From a virus (taxonomy: Duplodnaviria > Heunggongvirae > Uroviricota > Caudoviricetes), in the IMG/VR virus record IMGVR_UViG_3300028031_000001, positions 64,001 to 108,641 of that record: DNA of 44,641 nucleotides. The stretch is one strand, 5' to 3'. Below, piece by piece: positions 8,682 through 18,700 of the stretch. How positions within the stretch are numbered: position 1 is the stretch's first letter; every line of letters starts with the position of its first letter. Made by a program: the position numbers and the translations under genes. The notes below the pieces were generated by a model. It searched no databases. It was not told the DNA's origin and was given only the letters and a program-made list of their open reading frames with translations.

Positions 8682-10348
8682 CTTTCGCCTTGCCCGCCGT
8701 TCAAGACTTATGCAATTTAACCAGAAGCTCTGGGGATTCTAAATGGCTTGCTGATATTAATGCCCCAAGCAACACCGGCACAAAGTCTGCCGGAAGCTTG
8801 CCTATAACTGGCGTAGCTACTGAATTTGATAATAATACAAACGCCTCTGTAAAAGGATACGCTAAAGAGTTTGAAAACGGTCAATCGCCCGTATATGATG
8901 TTTCTAGCGATACCAAGGTTATGTTGTGGCATAGTCAATTTAACGCTCCTAATAGGATACAAGTCGATACAGTCGCTGCTGGTGGGGTAAGATTGCGCAT
9001 TTATTCCGGCACTGGTGCCCCTCCTGCCAACTATAGGGAATTCTATTTGGGTGGTAGGGATACCCCGTGGGCTGAGTGTATAAAAGGCCAATATCCTTTA
9101 ATAATTGATTTGAATGATTCGTCGCACGATGCTAGTTCTGGTACGTTTGATAATACATCAGTTACTAGTTTTGCATATTTAACTGCTAGACTAAATATGG
9201 CGGGTTCCAGCACTAATTGGAATTATCAAGGCAAACTATACGTTTTAGATACTATAAAAACATCATCCAGTACTCCGACATTTACTGGGGCATCGGAATT
9301 TCAAGATGCGGTTGATCTAATTCAGGGGTTTGATTATACCGATAAATTGGGTAATTGGATACGCAAGATAGGGGATGTTATATTTATAGATATGGGTTTT
9401 CGCGTTGGAGATAACTCTATCGAAACAGATTTCAACGATAACGGCCTTACTATTATTAGTCCGGTATCTAATGATGTAAATGACCCTAGAGTTAGAGTAA
9501 CTACTCAAGCATTTCGCACCTACTTGAATTTAAGAAATAACGTAGCGGATACTGCAATATTTAGCGGCACATGGATTTGGCAAACTAGAGCGCATTTTGA
9601 TTGGAATCAAAACAATTCTGCCGTAGTAACTTTTAACAGCCCAACTTTCAAGGGTATGGGAACTTTTACATTGGGTTCATCTATCACCGGCCCAGCAACT
9701 TTTGATGACGTAAATTCTGTCATATTCGCAGACACTGGGATAAATATAGATGGGTCATTATTTAAAAATCAAAATGGAAATTATGGGCTAGAAATAACGG
9801 CAGGGGCTATGGATATTACAAATATGCGGTTTGAGAGTTATGCGTCTGCGCACGCGATTCTTATAGATACAGCAGGTACTTACAACTTTGATAACGTTTT
9901 GTTTGATCAATCCGGAACTAACGATATCGAAACGACACACGCTACTGGTACAGTAACGATCAACATTTCAAACGGAGGCACAGTACCCTTGGTTACGGAG
10001 ACCGGAGCGGGGACTGTTGTTATAAATAACAATATAACCATATCCGTAAAAGCAACCGACACATCAGGAACAAATATAGAAAATGCCAGAGTTAGAATTG
10101 TTGCGAATGAAACGGTCGGAACGATAACAACGGGTGATGTTATTTTAACGGGCTTAACTAACGCATCCGGTTTATTAGAAACCACGACATTTAATTACGA
10201 AGGTGCGTTTGATCCTTCAGGTCTTGATTGCTTGCTTACGGTAAGACAGGGGTCGGTTTCTCCATACAAAAAATCTATTGAGAAAAAAGCTATAATAATT
10301 ATATCTACAGGATTCAATACAACAGAGGCGATGATATCAGATGAGTAA
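8678..10348 (+). CDS. Virion protein, paralog of 7527..8681 with a beta-helix-like and Ig-like C-terminal extension
   Basis: Paralogy as above. Extra C-terminus includes ISVKATDTSGTNIENARVRI...TGLTNASG (carboxypeptidase-regulatory/Ig-like pattern). Confidence 0.75.
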   Translation: MTFALPAVQDLCNLTRSSGDSKWLADINAPSNTGTKSAGSLPITGVATEFDNNTNASVKGYAKEFENGQSPVYDVSSDTKVMLWHSQFNAPNRIQVDTVAAGGVRLRIYSGTGAPPANYREFYLGGRDTPWAECIKGQYPLIIDLNDSSHDASSGTFDNTSVTSFAYLTARLNMAGSSTNWNYQGKLYVLDTIKTSSSTPTFTGASEFQDAVDLIQGFDYTDKLGNWIRKIGDVIFIDMGFRVGDNSIETDFNDNGLTIISPVSNDVNDPRVRVTTQAFRTYLNLRNNVADTAIFSGTWIWQTRAHFDWNQNNSAVVTFNSPTFKGMGTFTLGSSITGPATFDDVNSVIFADTGINIDGSLFKNQNGNYGLEITAGAMDITNMRFESYASAHAILIDTAGTYNFDNVLFDQSGTNDIETTHATGTVTINISNGGTVPLVTETGAGTVVINNNITISVKATDTSGTNIENARVRIVANETVGTITTGDVILTGLTNASGLLETTTFNYEGAFDPSGLDCLLTVRQGSVSPYKKSIEKKAIIIISTGFNTTEAMISDE

Positions 10349-10616
10349 AGAAATGGATGAATTAAAAAAGTTAGAATTATCTTTGGGCGAAAGAATGAAA
10401 AAGATAGAAGAGGTTAGAGATTCTGGCGCAATTGTAAAAAACGCAGAAGCTATGAAAGAAACAATACAGCATTGGAATAAATTATATCTTGATTTGGATA
10501 CCCGCATAACCGCTATAGATAATAACATTACTGTGTTTATGCAAACCGTAAAAGATATACAAGATAATAACACTCTAGCCCTGCAACAATTAAGGGGAAC
10601 TGGCCCTACCGCGTAA
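10341..10616 (+). CDS. Small coiled-coil protein
   Basis: Heptad-like L/I/M pattern over 91 aa; GAGG SD; overlaps the upstream stop. Confidence 0.7.
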   Translation: MSKEMDELKKLELSLGERMKKIEEVRDSGAIVKNAEAMKETIQHWNKLYLDLDTRITAIDNNITVFMQTVKDIQDNNTLALQQLRGTGPTA

Positions 10617-11179
10617 TGACGATAAGTATCAACCCATCCACATTTGTTATAACCGTACCAAAGGCAGATTTAACCTTGGTCTCGGGAACTTTGTATGAGC
10701 ACGATACAGAGGCATTTAGGTTACAGCTTATAAGTTGGGAACAAAGTGAAACTGGTATGAATTTTTTGCGAACTCACATCCACAATACCGTAGTATCTGT
10801 GGCTGGATTAACTTTGGCTAGAGTGATACAAATTATAGCCCCATATTCCGTTAAATATGAAGATGGAATATACTCGGTTAGATTGGCCGGTTCGAACAAT
10901 AACATATTTGATGTGGAGAGCGGAATACTTGTGCAAAATTCTGTACAAGTTATACCAAATAACTCTGCCGGACTACAGGTTGTTTCTGTTGGCTCTGGGC
11001 TGTCACAATCCCAATCGGACGAATTAACATTAGTTAAAGAACTTATGGAGTCTGATCAGGTATTCGATAACACATCTGGGCTGCTACATTATTACCGAAA
11101 AGGAACATTGGTAGATTTAATACCGCCTAAGATTGTATCTGGCTCGAAAGTGGGTCAAGATTCGTCGTTGGAGGAATAG
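10616..11179 (+). CDS. Hypothetical virion protein
   Basis: 187-aa coupled ORF, beta-rich. Confidence 0.7.
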   Translation: MTISINPSTFVITVPKADLTLVSGTLYEHDTEAFRLQLISWEQSETGMNFLRTHIHNTVVSVAGLTLARVIQIIAPYSVKYEDGIYSVRLAGSNNNIFDVESGILVQNSVQVIPNNSAGLQVVSVGSGLSQSQSDELTLVKELMESDQVFDNTSGLLHYYRKGTLVDLIPPKIVSGSKVGQDSSLEE

Positions 11180-11419
11180 ATGTTATTAGCGGGATACCTA
11201 CTGTTGTCGGGAGATGGGGCCGGGCTATCACCAATAACCTATATTCAGGGTGGAGTTGATATTGCCTTAGAGTCGCAAGAACCATCTTCTGTATTAACGC
11301 AAATTGAGTACTCTCTATCAACTAGCGAATTCAACATCGAACAAGCGAATGAAACCATTGAGGTATTAATCGATACAGAGGTTTCAAAATTAGACATATC
11401 GATTGATGAGGAAAATTAA
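11180..11419 (+). CDS. Small acidic hypothetical protein
   Basis: 79 aa, GGAGG SD, abuts both neighbours. Confidence 0.6.
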   Translation: MLLAGYLLLSGDGAGLSPITYIQGGVDIALESQEPSSVLTQIEYSLSTSEFNIEQANETIEVLIDTEVSKLDISIDEEN

Positions 11420-12223
11420 ATGACCGAATTTATAGTTAAACAAGGCGATACAAGCGCAACAATTAATGTTGGCTCTTCGTCTATGATAAGTACAACTGGA
11501 TGGACTTGCACGTTAAGAGTTTTGGATGATACCGGCACAGCTTTGATAAATAGAGTTGTGGCGGACATTAGTCCGTCTAAAGATAAATTTTTAGTATCCC
11601 TAACCCCAACAGAAACTGGGGCATTGGCTGTAGAAACTTACAGAATGATTATCGAATTAACTAATGCCGCACTAACACCTCCATTTAATTTAGAAGATCA
11701 ACATATTTTGGTTATAAACCCCCAAATGGAAATCGGGGATTTGACTGGGCTAATACAACTAACCAAAGGCTCAAATAGCTTTGCGGATTTGGAGACTCTT
11801 ATTTTGAAGCTGTCACAAATGCCCGCGTTAAGTGCGGCCCAATCAGCAGATAGAAATCAATTAAAGGGTGCGCTAATTTCTGCTTACGAAAACATAGGTT
11901 TAGTAACTACAAACTTTGAAGTTTTTGACGCAACGTTGGCAACTTATAAAACCAGCACGAGAGACTTTACCTTGATAGACATAGATGCACTAACTGCCGT
12001 AAAACAAGCCGCTTTAATTAGGGCTCAGCTAGTTGAAGGAAATTCTATATTGGGTGGAAATCCCATAGAGGATAGGAGGCGAGAAGGTATGATGTCTGAC
12101 AGAATAGGTGATTCAACAAGTTTTTTTAGAACCAGTTTACCGCTTGAAATGCCTGTGTATAGAGATACCGCAATGGCGCTAAAGGGTTATATAATTTGGA
12201 CTAAACAGATCGGTAGGGTTTAA
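11420..12223 (+). CDS. Head-tail adaptor/connector with an N-terminal BppU/Ig-like domain
   Basis: C-terminal MMSDRIGDSTSFF...LKGYI resembles the S.xIGd.S..y end of head-tail adaptors; N-terminal IVKQGDT...FLVSLTPTET is BppU-like; position fits. Confidence 0.6.
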   Translation: MTEFIVKQGDTSATINVGSSSMISTTGWTCTLRVLDDTGTALINRVVADISPSKDKFLVSLTPTETGALAVETYRMIIELTNAALTPPFNLEDQHILVINPQMEIGDLTGLIQLTKGSNSFADLETLILKLSQMPALSAAQSADRNQLKGALISAYENIGLVTTNFEVFDATLATYKTSTRDFTLIDIDALTAVKQAALIRAQLVEGNSILGGNPIEDRRREGMMSDRIGDSTSFFRTSLPLEMPVYRDTAMALKGYIIWTKQIGRV

Positions 12224-12958
12224 ATGGAAATATCTAAGGATTTTGAAACTCAAATAATAGAGTCATTAGCGGTATACTCATGCTTTAAGAGGTCTATATT
12301 TGAAGAATTTACAAGCTTCCTGATGTCCAAAAATGCCTCTAGCTATAAAGGCTCTAAGGTTCTAGGTGATATATTAGAAAAGCAGTTGAAAAGATACTCT
12401 AAAAAATTGTCCAAGAGAATGCTAGACAATAAAGAGTTTTCCTATACAGCAATTTTAAAGTCAGCCCTTACTGGGGTTAAAGAAAACCCATTCACAGATA
12501 AAGAGTTGGACGCGGTGGAGAATTTTTCAGAACTTATAATAGGTGATGCAGAAATAGCCATTAATAATCAAATGAATGCGGATGTCAGACGCCTTAAAGC
12601 TTGCTTCTCTAGGTTTCACCTGAAGGTTAGTATGAATACAGGCCATTCAATGAGCCATGAGGCCGCTGTGAGGCTAGAAAGGTCTAAAGTAATACCATCG
12701 GTAGAGTCTTACTGCAAATCCGCTGTAGGCTTCCATACAGATTCTGAATTATACGTACAGAGGCGACTCAGATCGGCCTTCTATAAAACCTTCAACACAT
12801 CTATGACTTACTTTCTGACAAAAATTGGGGATGATAGAGCTAGAATAGAAAGTCCAAGGATGTCAAACAATACTTCGTTTAGATTAGAAGAGTATGAGGA
12901 TATTGAAAATAAGTTTTTTCACCTGAATTCTGTAGCGATAGTACTGCCTATGGCCTAG
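12224..12958 (+). CDS. Hypothetical protein, possibly related to minor head/morphogenesis proteins
   Basis: 244-aa helical basic ORF in the neck cluster ending FFHLNS; assignment is weak. Confidence 0.45.
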   Translation: MEISKDFETQIIESLAVYSCFKRSIFEEFTSFLMSKNASSYKGSKVLGDILEKQLKRYSKKLSKRMLDNKEFSYTAILKSALTGVKENPFTDKELDAVENFSELIIGDAEIAINNQMNADVRRLKACFSRFHLKVSMNTGHSMSHEAAVRLERSKVIPSVESYCKSAVGFHTDSELYVQRRLRSAFYKTFNTSMTYFLTKIGDDRARIESPRMSNNTSFRLEEYEDIENKFFHLNSVAIVLPMA

Positions 12959-12986
12959 TGACTAATGCTTAAAAAAATGTTACAAT
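12958..12986 (+). promoter_or_regulatory. Extended -10 promoter, probably giving a leaderless mRNA
   Basis: GTGACT-17 nt-TACAAT with a TGn extension; ATG at 12993 lies 7 nt after the -10 end; no SD. Confidence 0.5.
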
Positions 12987-12992
12987 ATGGCA

Positions 12993-13352
12993 ATGCTGCG
13001 TACAACAACATTCAGACCTCATTTGCAGGTTGATTTGTTCCGAGTATCAGGGTTCAACTCCGACGGAAGCTCCGCCACAACAGAATCTACCAAAGTTGGT
13101 ATATCAATCGTGACTTTGGATGCGAAATCGCAGAAGACTCCCTTAAGGTTAGGGCAGTCAGGGTCTGTATCTAGAGCGGAAGAATTGATCTACGATGGGA
13201 GGGTATTAATTCACCCCAAACACGATATTACTCACGGTGATGTTTTGGAAATTTTTGGGCTCCAATATAAAATAGAATCTATTTTTCCTAGATACGAAAT
13301 CTCTGGGTTGTTAAATCACAACCAAGTGGAGCTAAACAGATGGGTAAATTAA
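12993..13352 (+). CDS. Head closure/stopper (SPP1 gp16-like) protein
   Basis: Small beta-rich ORF with D.L...G..Y.I.SI.P pattern, located before the HK97 gp10-like gene. ORF track starts at 12987; second ATG preferred. Confidence 0.6.
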   Translation: MLRTTTFRPHLQVDLFRVSGFNSDGSSATTESTKVGISIVTLDAKSQKTPLRLGQSGSVSRAEELIYDGRVLIHPKHDITHGDVLEIFGLQYKIESIFPRYEISGLLNHNQVELNRWVN

Positions 13353-13780
13353 TAGAAGTTTTTGGAATATCCAAAACAATGAGACGCCTTGTTCGTGTAG
13401 AAAAAAAAACAAATAGAAGAGCTTTAGCGGCAGTTCGAAGAAACGCAAAACTGATACAAAAGCGGGCTATAGAGTACGCACCTGTAGATGAGGGGTTTCT
13501 GGAAGACGCCATCCGTATAGGAGAAGTTAGGGGCGGAAAAAACAGATTTGAATTTTTGATAGGTGTGGATACAAACAAACTCGGGCCGTCGTATACCCAG
13601 CGTGGGTTTAGATATGACATAGCTATGCATGAAGGTTCTTACAGGCTTGGTATAAAGTCAGCAGAAAAAGAAGCGTTTTCTGGAAAAAATGTAGGGCCGG
13701 GGTATTTATCAAGAGCTTTTAAAGATTACGAAAAGAAAGTTATAAAAGATGTTGAGGAAGCTTTAAGAGGTAGTTTTTAA
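13340..13780 (+). CDS. HK97 gp10-family neck/tail completion protein
   Basis: A...AIEYAPVDEG.LEDAI...Y...MHEG...GPGYLSRAF motifs. Confidence 0.8.
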   Translation: MGKLIEVFGISKTMRRLVRVEKKTNRRALAAVRRNAKLIQKRAIEYAPVDEGFLEDAIRIGEVRGGKNRFEFLIGVDTNKLGPSYTQRGFRYDIAMHEGSYRLGIKSAEKEAFSGKNVGPGYLSRAFKDYEKKVIKDVEEALRGSF

Positions 13781-14154
13781 TGGATTTAGAACCGCTTATA
13801 GATTACTTAGAAAGAGAAAATTTAGGAACACCGGGGGTTGATTTGTTTCGTCATTTCATGCCTTCAGAAGTAGAAGAAGGAATCCTTGTAACCGTCCGAA
13901 CAGCTATCAATATAGATAGATATTTGGGGTATTGCGAAGGAGACTTCCAAGTTATTGCGCGAGGTAAAGATTACGATCAACCTCGCTTGTTTATGGTAGA
14001 AGTTATGAAAGCGTTTAACCAACAAGGTCTGACCTTGGGGGACATGTACTTCCATTATATCTTACCAAAGCACGAACCACTGTTATTTCCCAAAGCCGAG
14101 AGTGATCTCAAAGAGGTTTCGGTAAATTTCGAATTTAAATTTAGTCTCGTCTAA
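13780..14154 (+). CDS. Tail terminator-like (minor capsid family) protein
   Basis: Position between the gp10-like gene and the tube gene; LGTPGVDLF, FQVIARG, SVNF motifs. Confidence 0.65.
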   Translation: MDLEPLIDYLERENLGTPGVDLFRHFMPSEVEEGILVTVRTAINIDRYLGYCEGDFQVIARGKDYDQPRLFMVEVMKAFNQQGLTLGDMYFHYILPKHEPLLFPKAESDLKEVSVNFEFKFSLV

Positions 14155-14178
14155 TTATTAGACGAAAAGGAGAATAGA

Positions 14179-15051
14179 ATGTCTTTTCAATTATCCCCTA
14201 ATACGCAGAACATCCGCCTTGGAACCTGCTCAATTAGATACAAAGGTGTAGACCTTGGATACACAATGGGTGGAGTAGAAGTAGAAGTTACAACTACTAC
14301 ACACGAAACAAAAATTGATCAATTTGGTGACGTTGTAGCTAACGAGTTTATCCAAGGTCGTAACATCATGGTTTCAGCACCTTTAGCGGAAACAACGCTT
14401 GACAATATGATCAAGTTGATGCCGGGTGCGGCTTTTGTCGCTGAAGGCGGTGGGCAATCTACAGGTACGATTACCGTAGCAGCAAACCCAGCCGATGCAG
14501 AAACTGTTACAGTTAATGGTCAAGCTATTACTTTCAAAACAACCGGCGCTATCGCTTTCAATAGTGAAGTTAATATCGGCGCTGATACAACCATAACAGC
14601 TTCGAATCTAGCAACTTTGATTAACCTTGGATCGGATAACGACTTTGGTAACTTAGGTGCTGTATCCGCAATCAATGTGGTTACAATTACATACGCCCTA
14701 TACAGCGCTGCCGGAAACTCTGTCGGCCTTATAGATGGAACGACTGGAGATTTGACACTCTCAGGAGCAACGTTAACTGGTGGTTCTGCACCCACAAAGC
14801 AACGCGTAGAAGTATCTACCGGTGTTGGTGTGTCTCTACTTGACATCGCTGGAGAACTTACTCTTCACCCAATTGCTAATGCAGCGAATGATTTGACGGA
14901 AGACTTGGTAATCCCAAGAGCCGCAACTCCGGGTGGGATGAGCTTTTCTTACAAATTCGACGAAGAACGAGTATTCAACGCCGAGTTTAAAGGATACCCA
15001 GATGCCGCAGGCGTAATCTTTATTTACGGCGATAAGACAGCAACAGCGTAA
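14179..15051 (+). CDS. Major tail tube protein with an inserted decoration domain
   Basis: AAGGAG SD; LG.C.I...GVDLGYTMGGVEVEV...DQFG and F.YK.DEERVF...FKGYPD tube motifs flank a ~115-aa Gly/Thr/Ala insert. Confidence 0.8.
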   Translation: MSFQLSPNTQNIRLGTCSIRYKGVDLGYTMGGVEVEVTTTTHETKIDQFGDVVANEFIQGRNIMVSAPLAETTLDNMIKLMPGAAFVAEGGGQSTGTITVAANPADAETVTVNGQAITFKTTGAIAFNSEVNIGADTTITASNLATLINLGSDNDFGNLGAVSAINVVTITYALYSAAGNSVGLIDGTTGDLTLSGATLTGGSAPTKQRVEVSTGVGVSLLDIAGELTLHPIANAANDLTEDLVIPRAATPGGMSFSYKFDEERVFNAEFKGYPDAAGVIFIYGDKTATA

Positions 15052-15074
15052 GCTGATTAATAAGATTTAAATCC

Positions 15075-15096
15075 GGGCGGCCCTTCGGGGCCACCC
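15075..15096 (+). terminator. GC-rich UUCG hairpin after the tube gene (weak terminator or stabiliser)
   Basis: GGGCGGCCC-TTCG-GGGCCACCC followed only by ACTTATGT (poor U-tract). Confidence 0.6.
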
Positions 15097-15119
15097 ACTT
15101 ATGTAACTGAGGAAATATA

Positions 15120-15452
15120 ATGGAATTGTTAAATCTAGATGACCTAGTAAAAGTTGGTCGGGAAGTTGTTCTTTCAGGTGAAACCTACAAAGTTGTAGAT
15201 CAAACTGTTGGAGATATGGTTGATGCATTAAGGTTGGCAAAAAAAGTAGAGAAAAATCAGGATGACCCAGAGGTTATACTAGGTTCTCTTCTTTCGACTG
15301 CCCAGCGTTTAATACCTGCCTGCCCGAAAGACGTTTTAAATAAGATGGTCGCTAGACAGTTATCGGCTTTGATTGAATTCGCTTCCGCTTCTGACGAAGA
15401 AGTTATAGAAAGCGCCGAGGTCGAAGTGGTAGATGGTGACGAGGGAAAGTAG
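15120..15452 (+). CDS. Tail assembly chaperone (lambda gpG analogue)
   Basis: 110 aa between the tube and tape measure genes; GAGGA SD; ends at a slippery heptamer. Confidence 0.8.
   Translation: MELLNLDDLVKVGREVVLSGETYKVVDQTVGDMVDALRLAKKVEKNQDDPEVILGSLLSTAQRLIPACPKDVLNKMVARQLSALIEFASASDEEVIESAEVEVVDGDEGK
15443..15449 (+). other. -1 programmed ribosomal frameshift site GGGAAAG
   Basis: G GGA AAG TAG is the same heptamer as lambda G/GT. The -1 frame is open from here through MPTRRFW to the stop at 15760. Confidence 0.85.
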
Positions 15453-15535
15453 GAACCGTAGAGGCGATTGATTTCGTCTGGGTTTTTTCTAAATTCTGTC
15501 GCTTCTACGGATTTACCGATGCTGATGTTTGGGGT

Positions 15536-15760
15536 ATGCCTACGCGCCGATTTTGGGCTATGGAAAACCAAATTCAAAGAATACAGGCTGGCGATGACTT
15601 AAGAATGGTTAACGTTGGTATTGCAGCAGCAAGTGATGAAGCCCGCAAAGAAATTACGGAGCGACTGAGCTTAGAAATCGGTGAACCGTTTAAAATGAAA
15701 CGCGAAAAAATAGTTAAACCAGAAGCTAGTGCCGCAGCACGCATGAACGCGCTGATCTAA
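15536..15760 (+). CDS. Second tail chaperone (gpT analogue), probably made as the frameshift fusion 15120..15760
   Basis: In frame with the -1 product (VGTVEAIDFVWVFSKFCRFYGFTDADVWGMPTRRFW...). Confidence 0.75.
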   Translation: MPTRRFWAMENQIQRIQAGDDLRMVNVGIAAASDEARKEITERLSLEIGEPFKMKREKIVKPEASAAARMNALI

Positions 15761-18700
15761 TGGCATTTTCTGAACTGGTAGTCAGTCTTGATCTCGACGG
15801 TAAAAAATTCAACGCCGGGATTAGGATTGCCAAAAAAGACTTAGATAAGTTTCGAACTTCACTCGCAAAAACTAATGGCCCATTAAGAAGAAGCTCTAAG
15901 AGTGTAAAAACTTGGGGCAGAACATTCCGCGACACCTTTATCGTGCTTGGCCTAGCAAGGGCGGCATTCCAAAACCTAATATCTGTAGTTAATTTACTGC
16001 CCCGCGCCATGCTTGAAGCTAACGCGGAGATAGAGCGTATGCAGGCGTTAATGATGGGGTTGGATACCAGCACCAACGACGCAGCTAAGAGCCTATCCAA
16101 TGCTAACGAAAACATTCAAAAACTATTTACCTTATCAAGTAACTCACCCTTCGCAATTAATGCCGTAACAGATTCTTTCGTAAAGATGAAGGTAGCTGGC
16201 CTTGATCCATTGGCTGGCCCACTGCAAGCGCTGACAGACTCAGTAGCTAAATTCGGAGGTACGACAGAACAATTAAAACGAGCCTCTATAGCCATCCAAC
16301 AGATGGCCGGTAAAGGTGTTATCTCGATGGAAGAATTAAGACAGCAGCTTGGTGAGGCTGTGCCTAACGCGATGGCTACCATGTCAAGAGCTATTGGTAT
16401 AAGAATGGAAGCTTTGGTAGATATAATATCTCAAGGTAACCTTGAGGCTGTCACAGCGCTAAAAGCTATGTTCCAACAAATGGCTATTGAAAATTCCGGA
16501 GCTGCCGAGAAAATGTCTAAGACATGGAACGGCACAATGAATAGGATGCGTAACCAATTTACCTTGCTTATGAAAGCCGTTGGTGATGCCGGTGCGTTCG
16601 AAGCGTTTAAAAAACAACTAGACGAAATAGTCGGTCTAATGTCAGACGATACAATTAGGGAATTCGCCGTTACTCTGGGTGCCGGTATGGCAGACTTAGT
16701 TGTTGGTCTTAGAAAAGTTGTTTCGGTATTAATTGAATTTAATCAGATTATCACCTTAGCATTTAAGGTGTTTCTTGGAACAGCCGTTGCGAACGGTATA
16801 ACCTCCATAATAGGAAGATTGGGTGGATTGTGGGCTGTTACCCAAATTGCAACTCTTAATTTTACAAAATGGACATTTGGAATAGGTGCTGCGAAAACAA
16901 AATTAGTTGCATTACAAGTTCAACTAACGGCTGCAAATATATCAATGGCCGGATACTCATCGGTGACACGACTTGGCATCATAGCTACTAATGCATTTAC
17001 AGTATCTATGAGAGGTCTTGGTATAGCAATGAAATTTGCCTTTGGGCATATTGGCCTTATTGTAGGCGCGGTATTGATAGCTATAGAGGTTTGGGATAAA
17101 TTCGTTGGTGGCCAAAAAAGAGTATTAGATTCGATCAGAGAAACGGATGGGGCTTTAACAGCCCTACAAGAAAAACAACTAACTCAGGGGATTAGAAATC
17201 TTCGGGGTGAAAAAAGGGTGGCTGAACTTAGGTTACGCCAACTAGAATCGTGGGCTGGGGATGAAATAGCAATTAGAACGCGTCTCGCTATAGCGAACGC
17301 TAACGAAGAGGATGGTAAGCGGACAGCAGAAACAAGGGTTTTAAGTCAACTACTAAGCCATCAAAGAGAAATTGCGCGTATAACGACACAAATAGAAGAA
17401 GATAAGAACAGAATTACAAGTTCACAAGAAACAATAGCGAGTGACACAATTAGGGCGGCAGAGCTGGCAGCTCAAAAACAATTCGCCGCTGCAATACTTA
17501 AAAATTCAGAAGACAACGCTAAAAACTTTCTAGAGTTACAAGCTAGAACCCTAACCAATATGGAGTTAGGCAATGTGGCGGCTGCAAGAGAATTTAAAGC
17601 TGGTCAAGAACAAATACTTCAAGAACTGTTTCAGCTTGACTTAAGTTCCGCTAGGAATTTGCTTAAATTGCAAGCGGACACAAATAAATCTCTCAAAGAT
17701 GAAGATTTAAAGGCGGGTCAAGCAAGGCTAACCGCGTTACAAACATTAACGGAAGAGCTGATAGAACGTGGCGCCCTTACTATACAAGAAGCTACAATTT
17801 TTGGAGGAGATGATGGTCAAACAGAAGTTAAGAAGTTAGAGACCTTAGTCGCAAATACAAAAGCAGCTATAGCTGGTATGAAGGCAGAACTTAGAGGCAC
17901 AAACTCTGAAATTGCAAAGTTCATAGCGAAGTTTGATACAAAAGCTTTGGTAGAACAAGAATTGATTACTCAAGAGCTAGCCGATTCTATCCTTAAACTG
18001 AGGGGAGAGTACGGCGATCTAGCAGAGACTCTGAAAGATTTTAAAAAAAATAATACAGAATTTAACTCTATTACTAAAAAGGCTGAGAAGCTAACCGTTG
18101 TGATAGAAGCTCTAAACGCCAAAGCTGAGAATTCCAACAACCCATTTGTTAAAATGGCTGGTGGATTGAAGGCGGCTGAATTTAGAACACAACAATTGAT
18201 AGATAGGTTATTAGAATTACAATCTAACGGCAACCTCAGTGATGACAACCAACTTAAAATTCAAGGTCAGATTGATTCCTTAAGATTGAGTTTGGAAAAA
18301 CTTCCAGACGCTTCTAGAAAAGCCGGTATAGGCGAGATAAGTGAAGAGCTGAAAGATTACCAAGAGACGTTACGCAACACCGCGGCGGCTGCTGAATTCT
18401 CATTCAACAGGCAGAGAGACTTCTTAGATAAATTTGTTAAAGAGTCTGGTGATAAATTCACAGAGCTAGATAGGAAGATGGTTGATGAGTATCGAGCCGC
18501 TTTAGACCACATGGAGCTGTTACAGGGCAACGCCTTAGCATCATTGCTGCACGAATGGGAAACAAAAACTCTAGATATGAATGACGTATGGGCTAAAGGC
18601 ATACAGGGTATGGCGGACGCTTTAACAGAGTTTGTAACGACCGGAAAGTTTAAGTTTAAAGATTTAATTAGATCAATCATAAAAATGATCATACAATCCA

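Noticed and set aside
13401-13409. A9 tract as a phase-variation site
   Set aside because: It encodes E-K-K-T in an AT-rich genome, within an essential neck gene.
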